From positions 310,001 through 374,000 of the forward strand of contig NOWV01000030.1 in the NCBI GenBank assembly GCA_003344405.1: a stretch of 64,000 bases of DNA. The letters are read 5' to 3'. This document shows, piece after piece, positions 49,001 to 62,312 of this stretch. A model generated the notes under the pieces. The model was given only the letters and a program-made list of their open reading frames with translations. It had not been told where the DNA came from and searched no databases. The position numbers were made by a program, and so were the translations under genes. Source of the DNA: Trichoplax sp. H2 (Eukaryota). Numbering within the stretch: position 1 is the stretch's first letter; every line of letters begins with the position of its first letter.

Positions 49001-52000
49001 AGTGTCTTATACTGATCGTGAATTGATAACAAAGAATCTCGAACAAGGGTTAAGAAGTTTAAAGTCATTGAATAATATCTCGCTCGCTTTTCATATGCTA
49101 GTATTATTGAACCAATACTTCCACCATCAAGACTGTAAATAAGATAATTATTTTGGTATAATTACCAAGGTGTTAAGAAATATTGTAAAATAAGGAGAAG
49201 AATGTCTATACCTAAACGGATCATTATAAATATCACTTGTAGAGTAAGGCAAAAATCTTGTATGAATTAAATCCTCAAAAGCCTACATAATTAGGAACAA
49301 AGTTAGAATTCAGCGTATGTAGTTAACTGCATCAGTTGATTAATTATAAAATTAATGAAAGGCTTTTACAGAGCTTAGAACTAATGAAAATTTTTCGTGA
49401 AATAGTTACCTGTAGCGGCTCGTGCTTTATTGTGGTAACAATGCAACTTATACACTCCGTGATTAAATCAGATGCTGGCCAAGGCTTAAAGTAATGGCAA
49501 CGTTCAAGGAATATGTAAGCCCGTGAAATAAATGATGATAAAGCACCAATTAATTCCCAGTTACTATCTAGAATAGATCGTACGAGCTTGATAATCTTCT
49601 TAACATAGTCGATTATGGGTAACTTGCTAATAGCGATACCTACGTTTTTTAATATAAGAATGGAGAGCATGCATATTATTGATCATTTGATAACATATAT
49701 ATACGACGTAGAGATACATCACAAGACATACTTGGATCTTGTAACTGGCTCAAGCATATATCTATCTCAAGAATAAAAAGCTTCCATGTTGAGTATTCAA
49801 CTGTCCAAGAAATCGCTGGTTCACCTTTATAAATATGCATCAGTTATTAAATTAATGTCAATAGTAACGTTGAAACAGATATTATTCCTGTATTACAATA
49901 AATTGTAGCTTGCTACGCTTGTCTGCACGGTAAATAAAAAATATTTTACTGCATGTTTAATCGGTATAACAACAAGCAACCTTGTAGCATAGTTTTGCCG
50001 ATAGTTCCCTTCGATATCTTGAAATTAAAAGGATGTTCTATTGCTATGACACAAATAATGTATTTTACTTAAAATGTAGAAAAATATAGCAGACTTCTAA
50101 CACTATTAGGCTTTTTGTGAGCCATATAGCATACAATAGCACTAACCTTGAGGGTAGATGAACTTATCTTCTAATAGTTTCCAAATCGTGCCATCATCAG
50201 AAATACACTGAATCTGCCCTGAGCGCGTATCAGAAAGGACCTCGGCATACGTAGTTGCATGTTCCAGTATGGCGTATACCTTGTCAATTAATTTATATGT
50301 AACTGTCTTAGAACCTATTCGTGTAGCCAGGGAAGGTTAAGCGTTATAGTCACAAATAACGAAATTACCTCATTGGCGTTATTACCACTAGTTTTTGCAA
50401 TCTTGGATAGCATATCAAAAAACAGCTCGTGATCGAACGGGAATCTAATACAAAAAATGAATACGCCATTTATATCGGGGTAAGATTACTATAATAGAAT
50501 ATATTATTATTTGCTAGTCGAACCGGTTCCGTAGTGAAAACAGTAGTAAGGCCATAGTATTTCTCCTTCCCTGTAAAAATTGTCTAGTTAAAATTTGCAA
50601 ACGTTTAAACATTACATTCTATTTGGGTATACCGGTTTGTAAAGGCTCCATGATATCTTGTCCGTAATACAGCATATCAATAATCTAATTATTGTCTAAT
50701 AACAAACATATTCATGACAATTATAATCATTAGTTAAAGGATCTCTTGATTAAATAACTTAAAAAGCCACCTAAATATGTTTTAAAATATGTTGTTACAA
50801 TTACCTCCGTATCACCAAAAGTATCATTATTGAAGACCATAGCAGACGAAGAGACTAAATCATACACAATTGATTTCCATACGAAATCCTACAAAGTTGG
50901 GTTTTAGGGCAAATGGTTAATTTTATTCCATGTATGACAAAAAATTTATAAATGTTAAATTTTTAATATTACAACCTCAATAAACCAGTCACTTTTAACG
51001 ATATTTCCAAGGAAGCCAAAAACGTCAGCTTTTTGTGCTCTTTTGTTATAGAGCTCGATGGTCTAAAGAAAATGTTTCTGAATTACTGTGTAAAAAGCAA
51101 CTACTGGGTGCTAACCATAAAATATCCTCAATATCAAAGCATACGTATATTTAACGTACGAATACGGCTATATAATATAATTTAATTTTACGCATTACGA
51201 AAATTACATTTTGGGGAGTTGGATCGTTATCGTCAACACAACACTTCGTAACCCAAGCAAGTATGATCGGGCAGACTGGAATCTGATTTCCCAATTCTTG
51301 AAACATGTTTTCTAGTTCCTACAGCAACAACCGTGTATTTGAGATTACTGGACATAGCGAATATTAAGACGTCGTGGATTAACATTAATTAATTGATGTA
51401 TGATAGAGTCTACAAGTGTAGGGAATATATTACCTTGGACATATTCACATCCCCTAAAGGTCCAACGAGCCTACAGTTATAATGTTATATCATGATTTAT
51501 AAAGTTAAAACTGTTACAAAATTTAAGAAGGAAATAAAGGTATAAAACGAAATTCGTTGTATAAAGATATCCATGCCATTATTAAGAATTAAAAATACCT
51601 TGAAATTGTGCCATCACAGTACTCACGAAGGCATCTTATACCTAGCATTCTTAGTAGAATTAAACCTGAAGCGTAACTAAGAGAAGTAGATCCACATGTG
51701 TTAGCTTAACTAACTCATATTTTTGCATTATTACAGGATAAAAGAGACAATTTGTTTAAAAATAGATTTTATTTTTAATTACCATATTTTGTCTTGCCGA
51801 AAGCAGGCATCGTTATTATAATCTATGAAAAATCGATATGGCAAATGCGTTCCAAATTTTGTAACCTAAATATGAATTTGATGTTACATAAGTATTTTGG
51901 GTGTAAAATAGATCATTTTTATAATGTCCATTATTACAGACCTTTAAAGCATCGATAAACTGCTTAACTGTGACATCGGAAGGGCACTCTGCATCAAAGT

Positions 52001-54138
52001 GATAGGCCATAACGTCCAGTAATACATTCTGTTTAAGGACATGAAATTTTAAAGTGATATTATCTTCCTAATTACTAACTTTACGGGTAATTTTTCAAAG
52101 ATAATGTAAAATATAGGCTGTCATACCAGTTCGTTTATGTACTGTAGTGCCCATTTAGATGACCACTCTTTGATCTATATTTAATTACAAGCCGAAAATA
52201 TGTGATTCGATTGTTTAACATTTAATAGCATAACTTTACGATTTCGAAACTATAATCCAATACGCGTATAACTCGTTTTACCATCAGCTTCCCGTTTGCT
52301 TCTAGTGTTGGGACGTCGGCTTTAGACAGGAATGAGAATTGTTCTACGAGCTATTATTGTTATGAAAAATAAATTTTCATCACCTTAGTGCAATTTGAGT
52401 ATTTACAATATCTTGGAGGCGAAAGCTATTAAACTAGGGAAAATAACCTGCTTCTCTACATTTCCAGCTTTCAGTTCAAGGCAAAAATTTCGATAGAATT
52501 GCTAAAATGAAATAATTATTGGGCGATATCTAATGTTATCTTTGTTCAAATTTTAATTACTATTTCTATTCCAACGATGATAATATAGATGCTTTAATGT
52601 ACAACCTCAGAATTGTTTCCTCCTTTGCGAGTAGCTGATATCATTATACACTTTAACGCTCTGAGGATGTAAAGTCTTTCATCCATATAATATTGCATAA
52701 CCTGCACAATTGTTGTAAGCAATGACGGTGGTAAGAATATGGAAGTTATTTTGACGTAGAACTAAAATTTACTCTGCTTTTACATTGACAGCGAATTCAT
52801 CTCTCTTAGTTTCATCTTCAAGAATTGCCTAATATTTCAAGAATTAAGAAATAATCAAGTACATTGTCATCATTCTTAATGTTACTGCGTGCAATTATAC
52901 GGTTTGTAATAGTTTAAAATGGTAATCAGCAAGTTTGTTTGATTATATGATTACTATATAAGGAACTTTTGCAAAAATAACGCATGAAGGCTGATTTACT
53001 TCATGACCAACCTTAATATTACTTCTTTTTCCATCATAAGCGTTTAAAATGTAGCTTAAGGTTAGGATTAAGCTATTCCTTTCACTACAACTCTAGCATA
53101 ACGGAAATATATATGAATGGATTACATACACGATTGGTAATTTTAATGAGATGTAGAAGTATTCCGCTTTTTTTCATACTGTCAGTGTTAAAGAATTGTA
53201 TTTAAAAAAATAGTGATATCTATCTCACCAATAAGGAGCTGACAGTTTTGACGAGAGCTTGTAAATCTTTATTCTCTTTCTTGTAGTTGATACTTTTGGC
53301 ATTTACGCTGCGAAGGTATTATAGTAAATTATTCTTGTTTCAATATTCATGATACAGCAATATAATTACTGATAATAAATTGATAATTGGCTTAAGCTAT
53401 CATCTACAGATAGCATTTAGGCTATTTTGATTAGCTAGTAGAGAAGTCATCAACCTCGATATATTGATATACTTCACACCAAGTAGCAATCGAGCCTTGT
53501 ACGCATTCAGCTCTTGTTTCTAAAGGTGTTAAAAATGGAAAGAGTATTCGCATTTTTAAAAGTAAAGAATATTGCATACAACGTAGAGCTCTTTTAGGCC
53601 CAAAAATAGGAAAGATGCCTTGTGAGTTAAAAGTTGCACTTTAAGCATATATACTATCTGAAATTTCATCATAACAGTTATACTCGTATCAAGCAGCATT
53701 TGATGACGTTACTGTAGAAATTAATTAAAGTACTATATAGCATATCACAGTTAGAAGGATAAATTAGGAGTTAGGCTATACACTGGAAAGAATCAGTCAT
53801 TCAATGAAAGTGCCATTTAACCATTTTAAAAGACAGTAGTCCATCCAAGCAATACAGTATACACTAGACGATGCTATTCCAATAAGGTGAAAACGATTGA
53901 CTCACCTGATCAATGATAGCCTGACTTTGCTCACTGACGAGCAGCCATAAATTGCGATTGCATCTAAGAGATGATTGATAATCAATTACAATTAAATCTG
54001 TTAAGGATATGAAGAAGAATGCTCTAAAATTGGTTAAAGAATCGATTGCAATTACAGTTGTGCTTCAGTCAGCCAATTTTGGCTATTATCTAACAAACTT
54101 TCCACATCGAACCCTGTTAATGCTTGTGATACCGCCAT
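43052..54138 (-). CDS. NUP188: Nucleoporin Nup188; multi-exon
   Basis: N-terminus ..CNRNLWLLVS..KQELNAYKARLLLGVKY; QYYMDERLYILRALKCI; FVVIHIFTDLHRWNFSDPREQEQIG; RWNPRLLTIALNLFKNL; WRLGISLMSILL..FLADAFNFVGVHYERM; C-terminus ELSTELGNFLNGVSRYFTRG. All resemble NUP188 motifs as I recall them. Individual exon ends were not all resolved. Confidence 0.88.
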
Positions 54139-55258
54139 TTTATTTGGATCCAGGTTGATGGAGTGCGCATGGGTACTCTCAGCTGCCCACTACAGTATAA
54201 CCAGTGTTTACTACCGCTAGTGACACTGAGCGCACGATACCATCCGTCTACAGCACAGTACCGTGGTGTTAAGCATACGGACTCTTAATAATTTTTGTAG
54301 TCCGATATTACAGTATGGATTTAGCTTGGCCGGTGTGTACCCGGTGAACATGGACGTTGGTATATTTCAATGGTTCAAGTACTGTAAGATCAGTATTTCT
54401 CATTGCATGTACCAGTGAGTGATAGTTTGTATTAAAGTTGGAAAATTTTCAAGAAATAAAATTACTCAATGCAGTACTGCAATAAATAGTGCTAGAAAAC
54501 ATCAAGAGCCAAATCAGCCAATATTGGCAATAGCTCAAGGTTGTACAGATCTATCTGCGTAGAATTTGAGCCACATTGAAATTGTATTTCCTTTTAGAGA
54601 CATCATTTAAAGGCAACACCCTAGCTGAACAAATCAGAAAATGTTCAGCTACAGTATTGCCTTCAATTATGATTATTGTTCAGTCAACATCTTTCAATCA
54701 TACTGTAGTGTATTATACTGTATCAACGTCCATTTTATTTTACTTATTTTAGACCTTCTATCTACGCGCACACTGTCTCGCAACAGGGACTTCTCAACGA
54801 TTTTTCTTCTCCAATAAAACGAGACGGGGAAAAGAATCGTGGAGTAGTCTCTTGCTCGTAGCCTTGCCATTACAGTACATCGATGACTAATTACAGTACA
54901 GTACATTCACTGTACTGCTTTACAGTACTGTGCACTGTACAGTACAGTACACATTACTTAATCACCATAGTAATTTAGTAGGCCATGCTGCAGTCATCGA
55001 CTACTACAGTATTGTGACCGGTGCCGGTAGAGTCAGTGCACTGAGTTTTGCGAGTGTCAGAACTCGCCTGAGTTACTGTACAGTACAACTGTCCATACAG
55101 TAACTCGGGCGAGTTCAGTACAGTAGTCGAAAACGATTTGAGCAAAAAGTTCCAACTACTTGAAACAACTTTATATCTATAGTGATTGATTGTTGGACTA
55201 GGAATTTATATTCCTGAGAAGAGAATAAATTCAGGTACACTGCTCTGGGTAAGTCAAG

Positions 55259-56533
55259 ATGGCGATGACATGGTGGAAAGTGCCCTTGATAATATGTAGT
55301 ATACTTGTGTTAGGTATATTCATAAGCTGGAGTATTTTCAGTAAAACGGATAATTATAATCTGGAATATTTTGGGCTATCCAGGAAAATTGCAACCACAA
55401 GTAGCTACAAATCTGTATCGGCAAATATGACAGCGGGAAAGCCTCAAAATGCCACCAAGATGAAGCTGAAAGCGAGGAAAACCCCCCCACCTCCTACATG
55501 TCGTAAAAAACCGGTTATTTTATTATGGACTGGATGGTTTGGTGGAGATTGGGCGGTATCTCAAGGTAACGTGAAGTGTGGTAATATGCAGTGTGAAATA
55601 ACTTCAAATCATGGTCGATATAAGAGTAGTGACGCACTGATATTTCACGGTGTTAGTCCTCAAGTAAGGAACCCGCATTATTATCCATCAAAAAGTAGTC
55701 GGCCGCCTAAGCAGTTATGGGTTTTTCGCACTATGGAAAATCCCAACATTGCAGAGAGACTAGGATGCAAATTATCATCATTCCATAATAACCGATTTCA
55801 TGCAACAATGAGTTATACACGTCAAGCCGATGTCAGATTATGCTATGGTAAAGTGTTAAAAGAACCCCATGATGCTACTAACCACAATAGAAATTATGCT
55901 GCCGGTAAAACTAAATTTGCTGCTTGGGTATCAAGTCAATGCTATCCTGGCCGTACTAGTTTTGTCAAAGATTTAAGTAAGTATATATCTATTGATAAGT
56001 TCGGACGGTGTGGTAACCAACGTTGTGCAAAGGATGGATCGTGTATGAAAAGAATTGGATTACAATACAAATTTTATTTAAGCTTTGAAAACTTCATTTG
56101 TAGAGATTATGTAACAGAAAAATATTATCGAAATGCGATCGATAATAATTTAATCCCGATTGTAGTCGGTGGAGCAAATTATAGCGATGATGGGATTGTG
56201 CCGCCTCATTCCTACATCAATGCACAAGATTTCAGTACTGTTGAAGAACTAGCGAACTACTTGAAAAAAGTTGCCGCTAACGATACCTTATACAATAGCT
56301 ACTTCAAATGGAAAGATTCTTATAAGATCCTTAGTCCATGTTCTGCTACCCAATCTTTTTGTGAATTGTGCCATAAGTTATGCGATGATAAATGGGTTAC
56401 TGAGAAATCAAAGAAAACAATTCCTGATCTAACTTATAAATGGGGTGTTCACCGTGATAACTGTGTTAATTATCCTGACATTTTCCACAAGGGCAGTGAC
56501 GGTAAAATTACTATTCATCCAAGAGTTTACTAA
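55259..56533 (+). CDS. Alpha-1,3-fucosyltransferase (GT10), type II membrane protein, single coding exon, 424 aa
   Basis: N-terminal TM, VILLWT, SDALIFH, QLWVFRTMENP, TMSYTRQADV, GT10 motif YKFYLSFENFICRDYVTEK, LYNSYFKWK. Confidence 0.95.
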   Translation: MAMTWWKVPLIICSILVLGIFISWSIFSKTDNYNLEYFGLSRKIATTSSYKSVSANMTAGKPQNATKMKLKARKTPPPPTCRKKPVILLWTGWFGGDWAVSQGNVKCGNMQCEITSNHGRYKSSDALIFHGVSPQVRNPHYYPSKSSRPPKQLWVFRTMENPNIAERLGCKLSSFHNNRFHATMSYTRQADVRLCYGKVLKEPHDATNHNRNYAAGKTKFAAWVSSQCYPGRTSFVKDLSKYISIDKFGRCGNQRCAKDGSCMKRIGLQYKFYLSFENFICRDYVTEKYYRNAIDNNLIPIVVGGANYSDDGIVPPHSYINAQDFSTVEELANYLKKVAANDTLYNSYFKWKDSYKILSPCSATQSFCELCHKLCDDKWVTEKSKKTIPDLTYKWGVHRDNCVNYPDIFHKGSDGKITIHPRVY

Positions 56534-57430
56534 GATAAAAATTAAATACTGTTTTCATTGGCGAAATCCATTTGTACAACGTCATGTACTGTAGGGTTTT
56601 GGAATATATGATATCAATCACTAGATATTGTCCATTTTATGTATTAAAGCACTATTAGCAAATTAAAGCGGCTGCGATGCACTGTTAAAAACTCCATGAA
56701 CGAAGAACTCCGTCTTCTGCTAGTTTGCACGTATGCACGTATAACGACTATGAAGATAGCAACTGTAATGCGGTACACCACGGCAATTTGTAACAATGTC
56801 TGATATTATATTGCCAAAACCGCTAGATCGTGATCAAGTGTACAAATATATACGTACTGTCAAATATTATTATAATTTATCAGAAGATGTTATGGACTCA
56901 CTCAGTGATCAGTATACCGTACTACTGTATAATTTTTAAGCTACATAACAAGGTTGCAAATGATAGTTGTAACTTAATTCTATTATATGGATTGAAGCTT
57001 TGTAAGTGATTGGGTAATAGAACGTGTTATAAAGGTAGTAGTTTGATGTATTGGTATCTCAAATGACAGTCTATCATTGGTTATTACTAATTAATATTCG
57101 TATTTATTGCAATAGAATTTTTATGCCTGAGTCATCAAGCGATGATTACGTTTTTATAGCTATGATATTTAAAGGATTAGAATGTCCTTATACTGCATTA
57201 TAACGAATGAATGTTAGCGCTTTGAATCTAAAAATGGCTAATGCAATTTTATTTACTTTTTATGACTGAAGGTAAAAAATGTCGAAATCTTATCAATACA
57301 CTATTTATTTTGTCTCGGTACTCTCTCTAATTCTTGTATAGAGACATAACAATTCTGACTTTTTTTATAACATAAACCAAATAGCTTTACAACTATAGTG
57401 ATACGTATTTATCAACTGGTTCGTTTTGGC

Positions 57431-57473
57431 ATGGACTACTAAATACATCCCTGGGATGTATCTAGTAGTCCGT
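57431..57473. repeat. Near-perfect 43-bp palindrome (MITE-like mini-hairpin)
   Basis: atggactactaaatacatccc-t-gggatgtatctagtagtccgt. Confidence 0.8.
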
Positions 57474-59601
57474 AGTTTTAGATAGGATATACGAGCTACT
57501 TTATCTCTCGAAAAATCTATTAAGCTAGTGAGCTTTTTTGGTTTAATCGGATAAAATGTATGAAATGATACTTAATGCAAGGCGGTTAAAAGATTTCTAT
57601 TTCAATACTGCAATGTTTATATAATAACGATATCGAAGAGCTCAGTATGGAGGTTAAAAACAATACCAGAGTAGGCTACAAATTCAAAGTTATTTCTTCG
57701 GTATTGACACTTTTTGAAAATAATATGCGAATAGTTGTAGAATGTACAGCACCTATTTACTGTTTCGATTTTATCTTTCTACTGAATTGATCAATAGCGA
57801 TAAGTACCATAATAATTAATCACAGTTATATACCTCTATTTTGCATGTTCTTGAAACTACAGTATATTTATGAACCGCAAATAACGATAATACCCACATG
57901 TTTGCACTGCAATAATCATTTGAATGGGCAGTCTACTAGTATTGTTTTATTACTATATAATCAGCAACATCTGTTGGAGTTATTATGTTCTGTAATTGAG
58001 CAAGTTGAAAGTTATTTACAAAACTAGATTTTCGATGAGGTAGGTGTTGACAATAATTGTTGGAACAGTTTTATGCCTAGGTAAGTTCATTCTTTTGTAC
58101 TTTAGTTCAGTCATTGTCAGATGATTGATTTCATAAATTTTTCTTGACATCGAAAAGCTAAAATGTTACATATATATGCCAGACAGTAAAGTAGTAAGTT
58201 AACGTGATTGCGTACTCTGTTAGCTGTACGTAAAAAGTGACTATACTATAAATATCGAATATCAAAGTCATACATTCATACTGGATATACACTAATTAAT
58301 GATAGTTCAACAGTTTTTGCATTAACGCATCCTCCATTATTAAGAGTGATTAATTACTCCAACAGATACTTCAGTATTAGTTCATCATAATTTTTATTTT
58401 GCCGTGTCATATGTATCTACCATAGCCAGAAATATCGTACAATTTGTATAAAGCGACAATACAACGATAGGTACCTTAAGTTAAACAGTACCGGTCAACA
58501 GACAAAATATAATATACAATTATACATGCACAGAAACAGTTTTGAAATTAAATTCAGAAAAGAAATTTTATAATAGAATCAACCAGTAAGTACTGTAAAT
58601 GTTTATATGTCATTTGTATAGAAGGATCACTATGAAAGAGACAAAATTAATCTAATTCTTTAGTAATTTAATTGCAGTTTACAAAAATAGAAACCATCGT
58701 AAATTGTATTAGTAGAATAATTCGATGTAGTAAAGAAGTTTTGCATAGGTATTCTAACCCCCAAAAATTAATAAAATAATGTTCAAAATTGCTTTGTGTA
58801 CAGTATATTCATATGTGAATGAAACATAGGAGACGTTAACATCACAAAATAAAAATTAGTACTACAGTATTGTATATTAGTAGAAATGTCACAGTCTGAG
58901 AAATTGAAAATTACTCCTGTGCTAAGTATTGTTCCATGTCAATAGTAAGGAACATTTCATCTAGTGAAAGACTTCAGGCGGTATCACTATACCGTATAAA
59001 CTGTATAGGGAAGATCCCTAGGCTAACAGGCACTTTTAAGCAAAGTAGAAAGAGCTTATTCGAAGATAATACTGTATCATATTTCTTTTTTTGATTCAAT
59101 ATTCCCGCACACCAGTGTGATATTACTAATACATACAAATTTTAGAAGACCAATCTTTCAAATAGGCATTACTGTATCTTTGAAAGCAAGCATGGACTGT
59201 GTGATTAGCGACTAGTGATGTGATGAACGATGAATGGCTTTACAATGTCGGCCTACAAAAGATTACACTTTTTTCGATCAATGCTAATGATATGTATCAA
59301 CTTAATTGGTTAATAAAGTCAGTTTCAATCCTCTATTTTATTAGCCGATATTTGACTATTAATGTATCTGCCGTATAATCCGCACGTTATACATACGTAT
59401 TGTCTTCATATTATGTAATTATTAACCAGGACTGAATTACAGCATTGCACTATTAGTGAGAGTTGTCAAATTCTGGTTAGGTTTATTGAATCCCTAATTG
59501 CTACCTTCTTAAATTTACCGTTGTCAACGCTTATCGATATCAAAATACACAGTTTCAATTCATTTCGCCATTTCTTAAAAATTGACAGCTTACTTTTGTA
59601 C

Positions 59602-60822
59602 TTAGTTGAAAGAATACGAGCGGATATCAATTTGTCCAGTGGTTTGATTCTTGACGAAGACATTATTGTAATCAATACAATTCTTTTCGTTTGTACCCCA
59701 TTTATGAGTGAGATCTGGAATTCTTCTCATTTTACTAGTAACCCACTTATCATCGTAGAGCTTGCGGCATAGGTTACATAAACTAGAACTATGATCACAA
59801 CTCTTTAAGTCGGTTCGGTAAGAAGCCTTCCATTTAAAATAGCTGTTATACAATGTGGCATTGCTGCCAACTCTTTTAATATGATCAGCTAGCTGTTGCA
59901 TAGTAGTGAAATCTTGAACATTGATATAAGAACCTGGTGGCGCTACGGTTGGATCACTATAATTCGCCCCTCCGACCACGATGGGTATCATATTGTGTTG
60001 ATATGCGTTAAAATACAATTTTTCAGTCACATAATCTCTGCAAATAAAATTTTCGAGGCTTAAGTAGAATTTGTATTTCCGCGATAATTTTAGCCAACAT
60101 GCACCGCTCTTAGAGCAAGTTAAGTTACCACATTTGCCGTACAAATCGATAGGTACCAACCTTGCTAAATTATGCAAAAAGTCTAACCGACCTTTATAGC
60201 ATCCACTGCCGACCCAAGCGATCATTTTTGTTTTGCCTTTAAAATAATCATGATTTACTTGTAAATCAGTGTAATTTTGAACCACTCTGCCATAACATCT
60301 TCGAAGATCAGCTTGACGAGTGTAAGTGATCATTATATTGAATAGATTATCGAGAAAGGATTTTATGTCGACTAGTATAGATGGCCCTCGGGTGACATAT
60401 GGATTTTCCATGGTTTGGAAAGCCCATAATTGCCTAGCTGGCCTTTTTTCGATTGGTATCACGTCTGGGCTATTCATCGATCCGTCAGCCCCATGAAATA
60501 ACAACGCATCGCTCACTTGGTATAAACTTTTGTTGTTGGTAAATTGGCATTGATATTGACCGCAATCCAATAAACCATAAGGCGTTGGCCAATCGACTCG
60601 AAACCATGTCGTCCAAGTTAATATTATCTTACCAGTATGAAGTGTGGCTTTGGTTGTGTTGTCTTTTTTACCGGCTAGATAAGGATTAATAATGTTCAAT
60701 GGATTTCGTTCCTGGTAACCAAGAATGACCAATACGATGATCGTCCATGCAAGGAGTATCGAAAATACAAGTCCTACATACCTCAATTTCTGAGACATTA
60801 CTGGCATCATTGCTATCAGCAT
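59602..60822 (-). CDS. Alpha-1,3-fucosyltransferase (GT10), paralogue of 55259-56533, single coding exon, 406 aa
   Basis: N-terminal TM, IILTWT, SDALLFH, QLWAFQTMENP, YKFYLSLENFICRDYVTEKL, LYNSYFKWK. Confidence 0.95.
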   Translation of the reverse strand: MLIAMMPVMSQKLRYVGLVFSILLAWTIIVLVILGYQERNPLNIINPYLAGKKDNTTKATLHTGKIILTWTTWFRVDWPTPYGLLDCGQYQCQFTNNKSLYQVSDALLFHGADGSMNSPDVIPIEKRPARQLWAFQTMENPYVTRGPSILVDIKSFLDNLFNIMITYTRQADLRRCYGRVVQNYTDLQVNHDYFKGKTKMIAWVGSGCYKGRLDFLHNLARLVPIDLYGKCGNLTCSKSGACWLKLSRKYKFYLSLENFICRDYVTEKLYFNAYQHNMIPIVVGGANYSDPTVAPPGSYINVQDFTTMQQLADHIKRVGSNATLYNSYFKWKASYRTDLKSCDHSSSLCNLCRKLYDDKWVTSKMRRIPDLTHKWGTNEKNCIDYNNVFVKNQTTGQIDIRSYSFN

Positions 60823-62312
60823 TCAACAGACATATACACGTATAGTCTTCAAGTTAGAAGGCGAAAATAGTCAAATTTCTCCAGATTATTTCTTCTTAAG
60901 TTTATATAAATATTTTATGGAGTAGTAATATTGCTCACGGAATTCACCAATTAAGATTAACTGGACCGTAACACATCGAGTAACGCGTGCGCATATCCTG
61001 AATTAAACCAAGTTCATGTGACAGGTCACAGGTGCTTCCTTTCTTTTTAATGGTCAATTTCTTTCTGTACAGTACAGTACAGTCAAGGACTAGTAAAAAA
61101 AGACCTAAACCCACGCGCCTCGTTGGCGCAGAGTACAGTACTCTAGAGTAGAGTAGAGTATTTCCTTGAAACTCAACTTAAGCCTAAAGCCGCAAATTTT
61201 TAGCCATTCGCTCGACTCGAACTTACTGTATTCTTCTGTCATTAGGTTGTAATCCAACCAACTCAACTCCACTCGCTATCAGGTTGAGTTGGGTTGAGTA
61301 CTACTGTATAGTTTATAGTCGATTGATCCAGCATCGGTTTACAGCTATGAATACATCGCTAAAACGACTTGTATCGCTGTTAAAAAAGACATTTTCATTG
61401 ATTTAATAACGACAAACTTTGCCATTTTTAAAATTCTGACGTCATACAGTGCTGTACTGTACTGTACACTGTACAGTAGGTAAGGTCAGGGACTACTGTA
61501 CTGTACAAAAAAAGAATAGAGGGACGTAAAGCAATCGTTGACAATAGTAATAATAATGTGTGGTGGCCGATTCTTTTTTGAATAATTTCAATTGTATCGC
61601 ATGTCTGTAAATTAAGGCACACTACCCCGTCTGCTATTGCCATCTTTAAATTAGCTACTGCTAATTTGGTTTGTGCAGTATGATCTACGGTACACTGTAG
61701 ACTGTACACTGTACAGTACTGTACGCTTTGCTTGCTACGATACGGTACGATACAGCACCTGTACTGTACCCTACAGTACACGTTCGTAATGTAATGTACA
61801 GTACTGTACTGTACTGTACAGTACAGTACAGTGTGAAAACGTTTTGGTTTAAACTATGGACACTAGTTCGTTATTAACTCTCCATAGTATGGCGTTCACT
61901 AGTGTGAACGATGTACTCTTTCATACTGTACCAGTACTATGATTGTACTGTACCGCGAAGTCATCCATCAAGGAATCTACAATCCGGACATGGACTGTGA
62001 CATCGGCAGTACTGTAGAAGTGGATATTATTTATACCTTGCATGGTGCTGCAATCCATCTTCGTCCATAAGTATATTTGGAACGCGTTCATGAGTAATCC
62101 ATTATCATTATCGACTATATTAGATTATATGTTGAGCAATAGTGTCGTCTAGGTCAGAGCGTGAACAGTCCCTGGTACAAAGCTATTCATAAAACCTCCA
62201 TTACAACGTCTTTGCATCTGTACATTGCGATTTCAGACATTATAATCGGCTTGATCTTACCTCATTTCACTTTCGTCAAATACTGCATCCAAGTCCAAAG
62301 ACTGCTGGCAAG

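Noticed and set aside
53966..54056. U12 intron in NUP188 (TCCTTAAC present on the minus strand)
   Set aside because: The in-frame donor is GTAATT (U2-type) and the motif is far from the acceptor.
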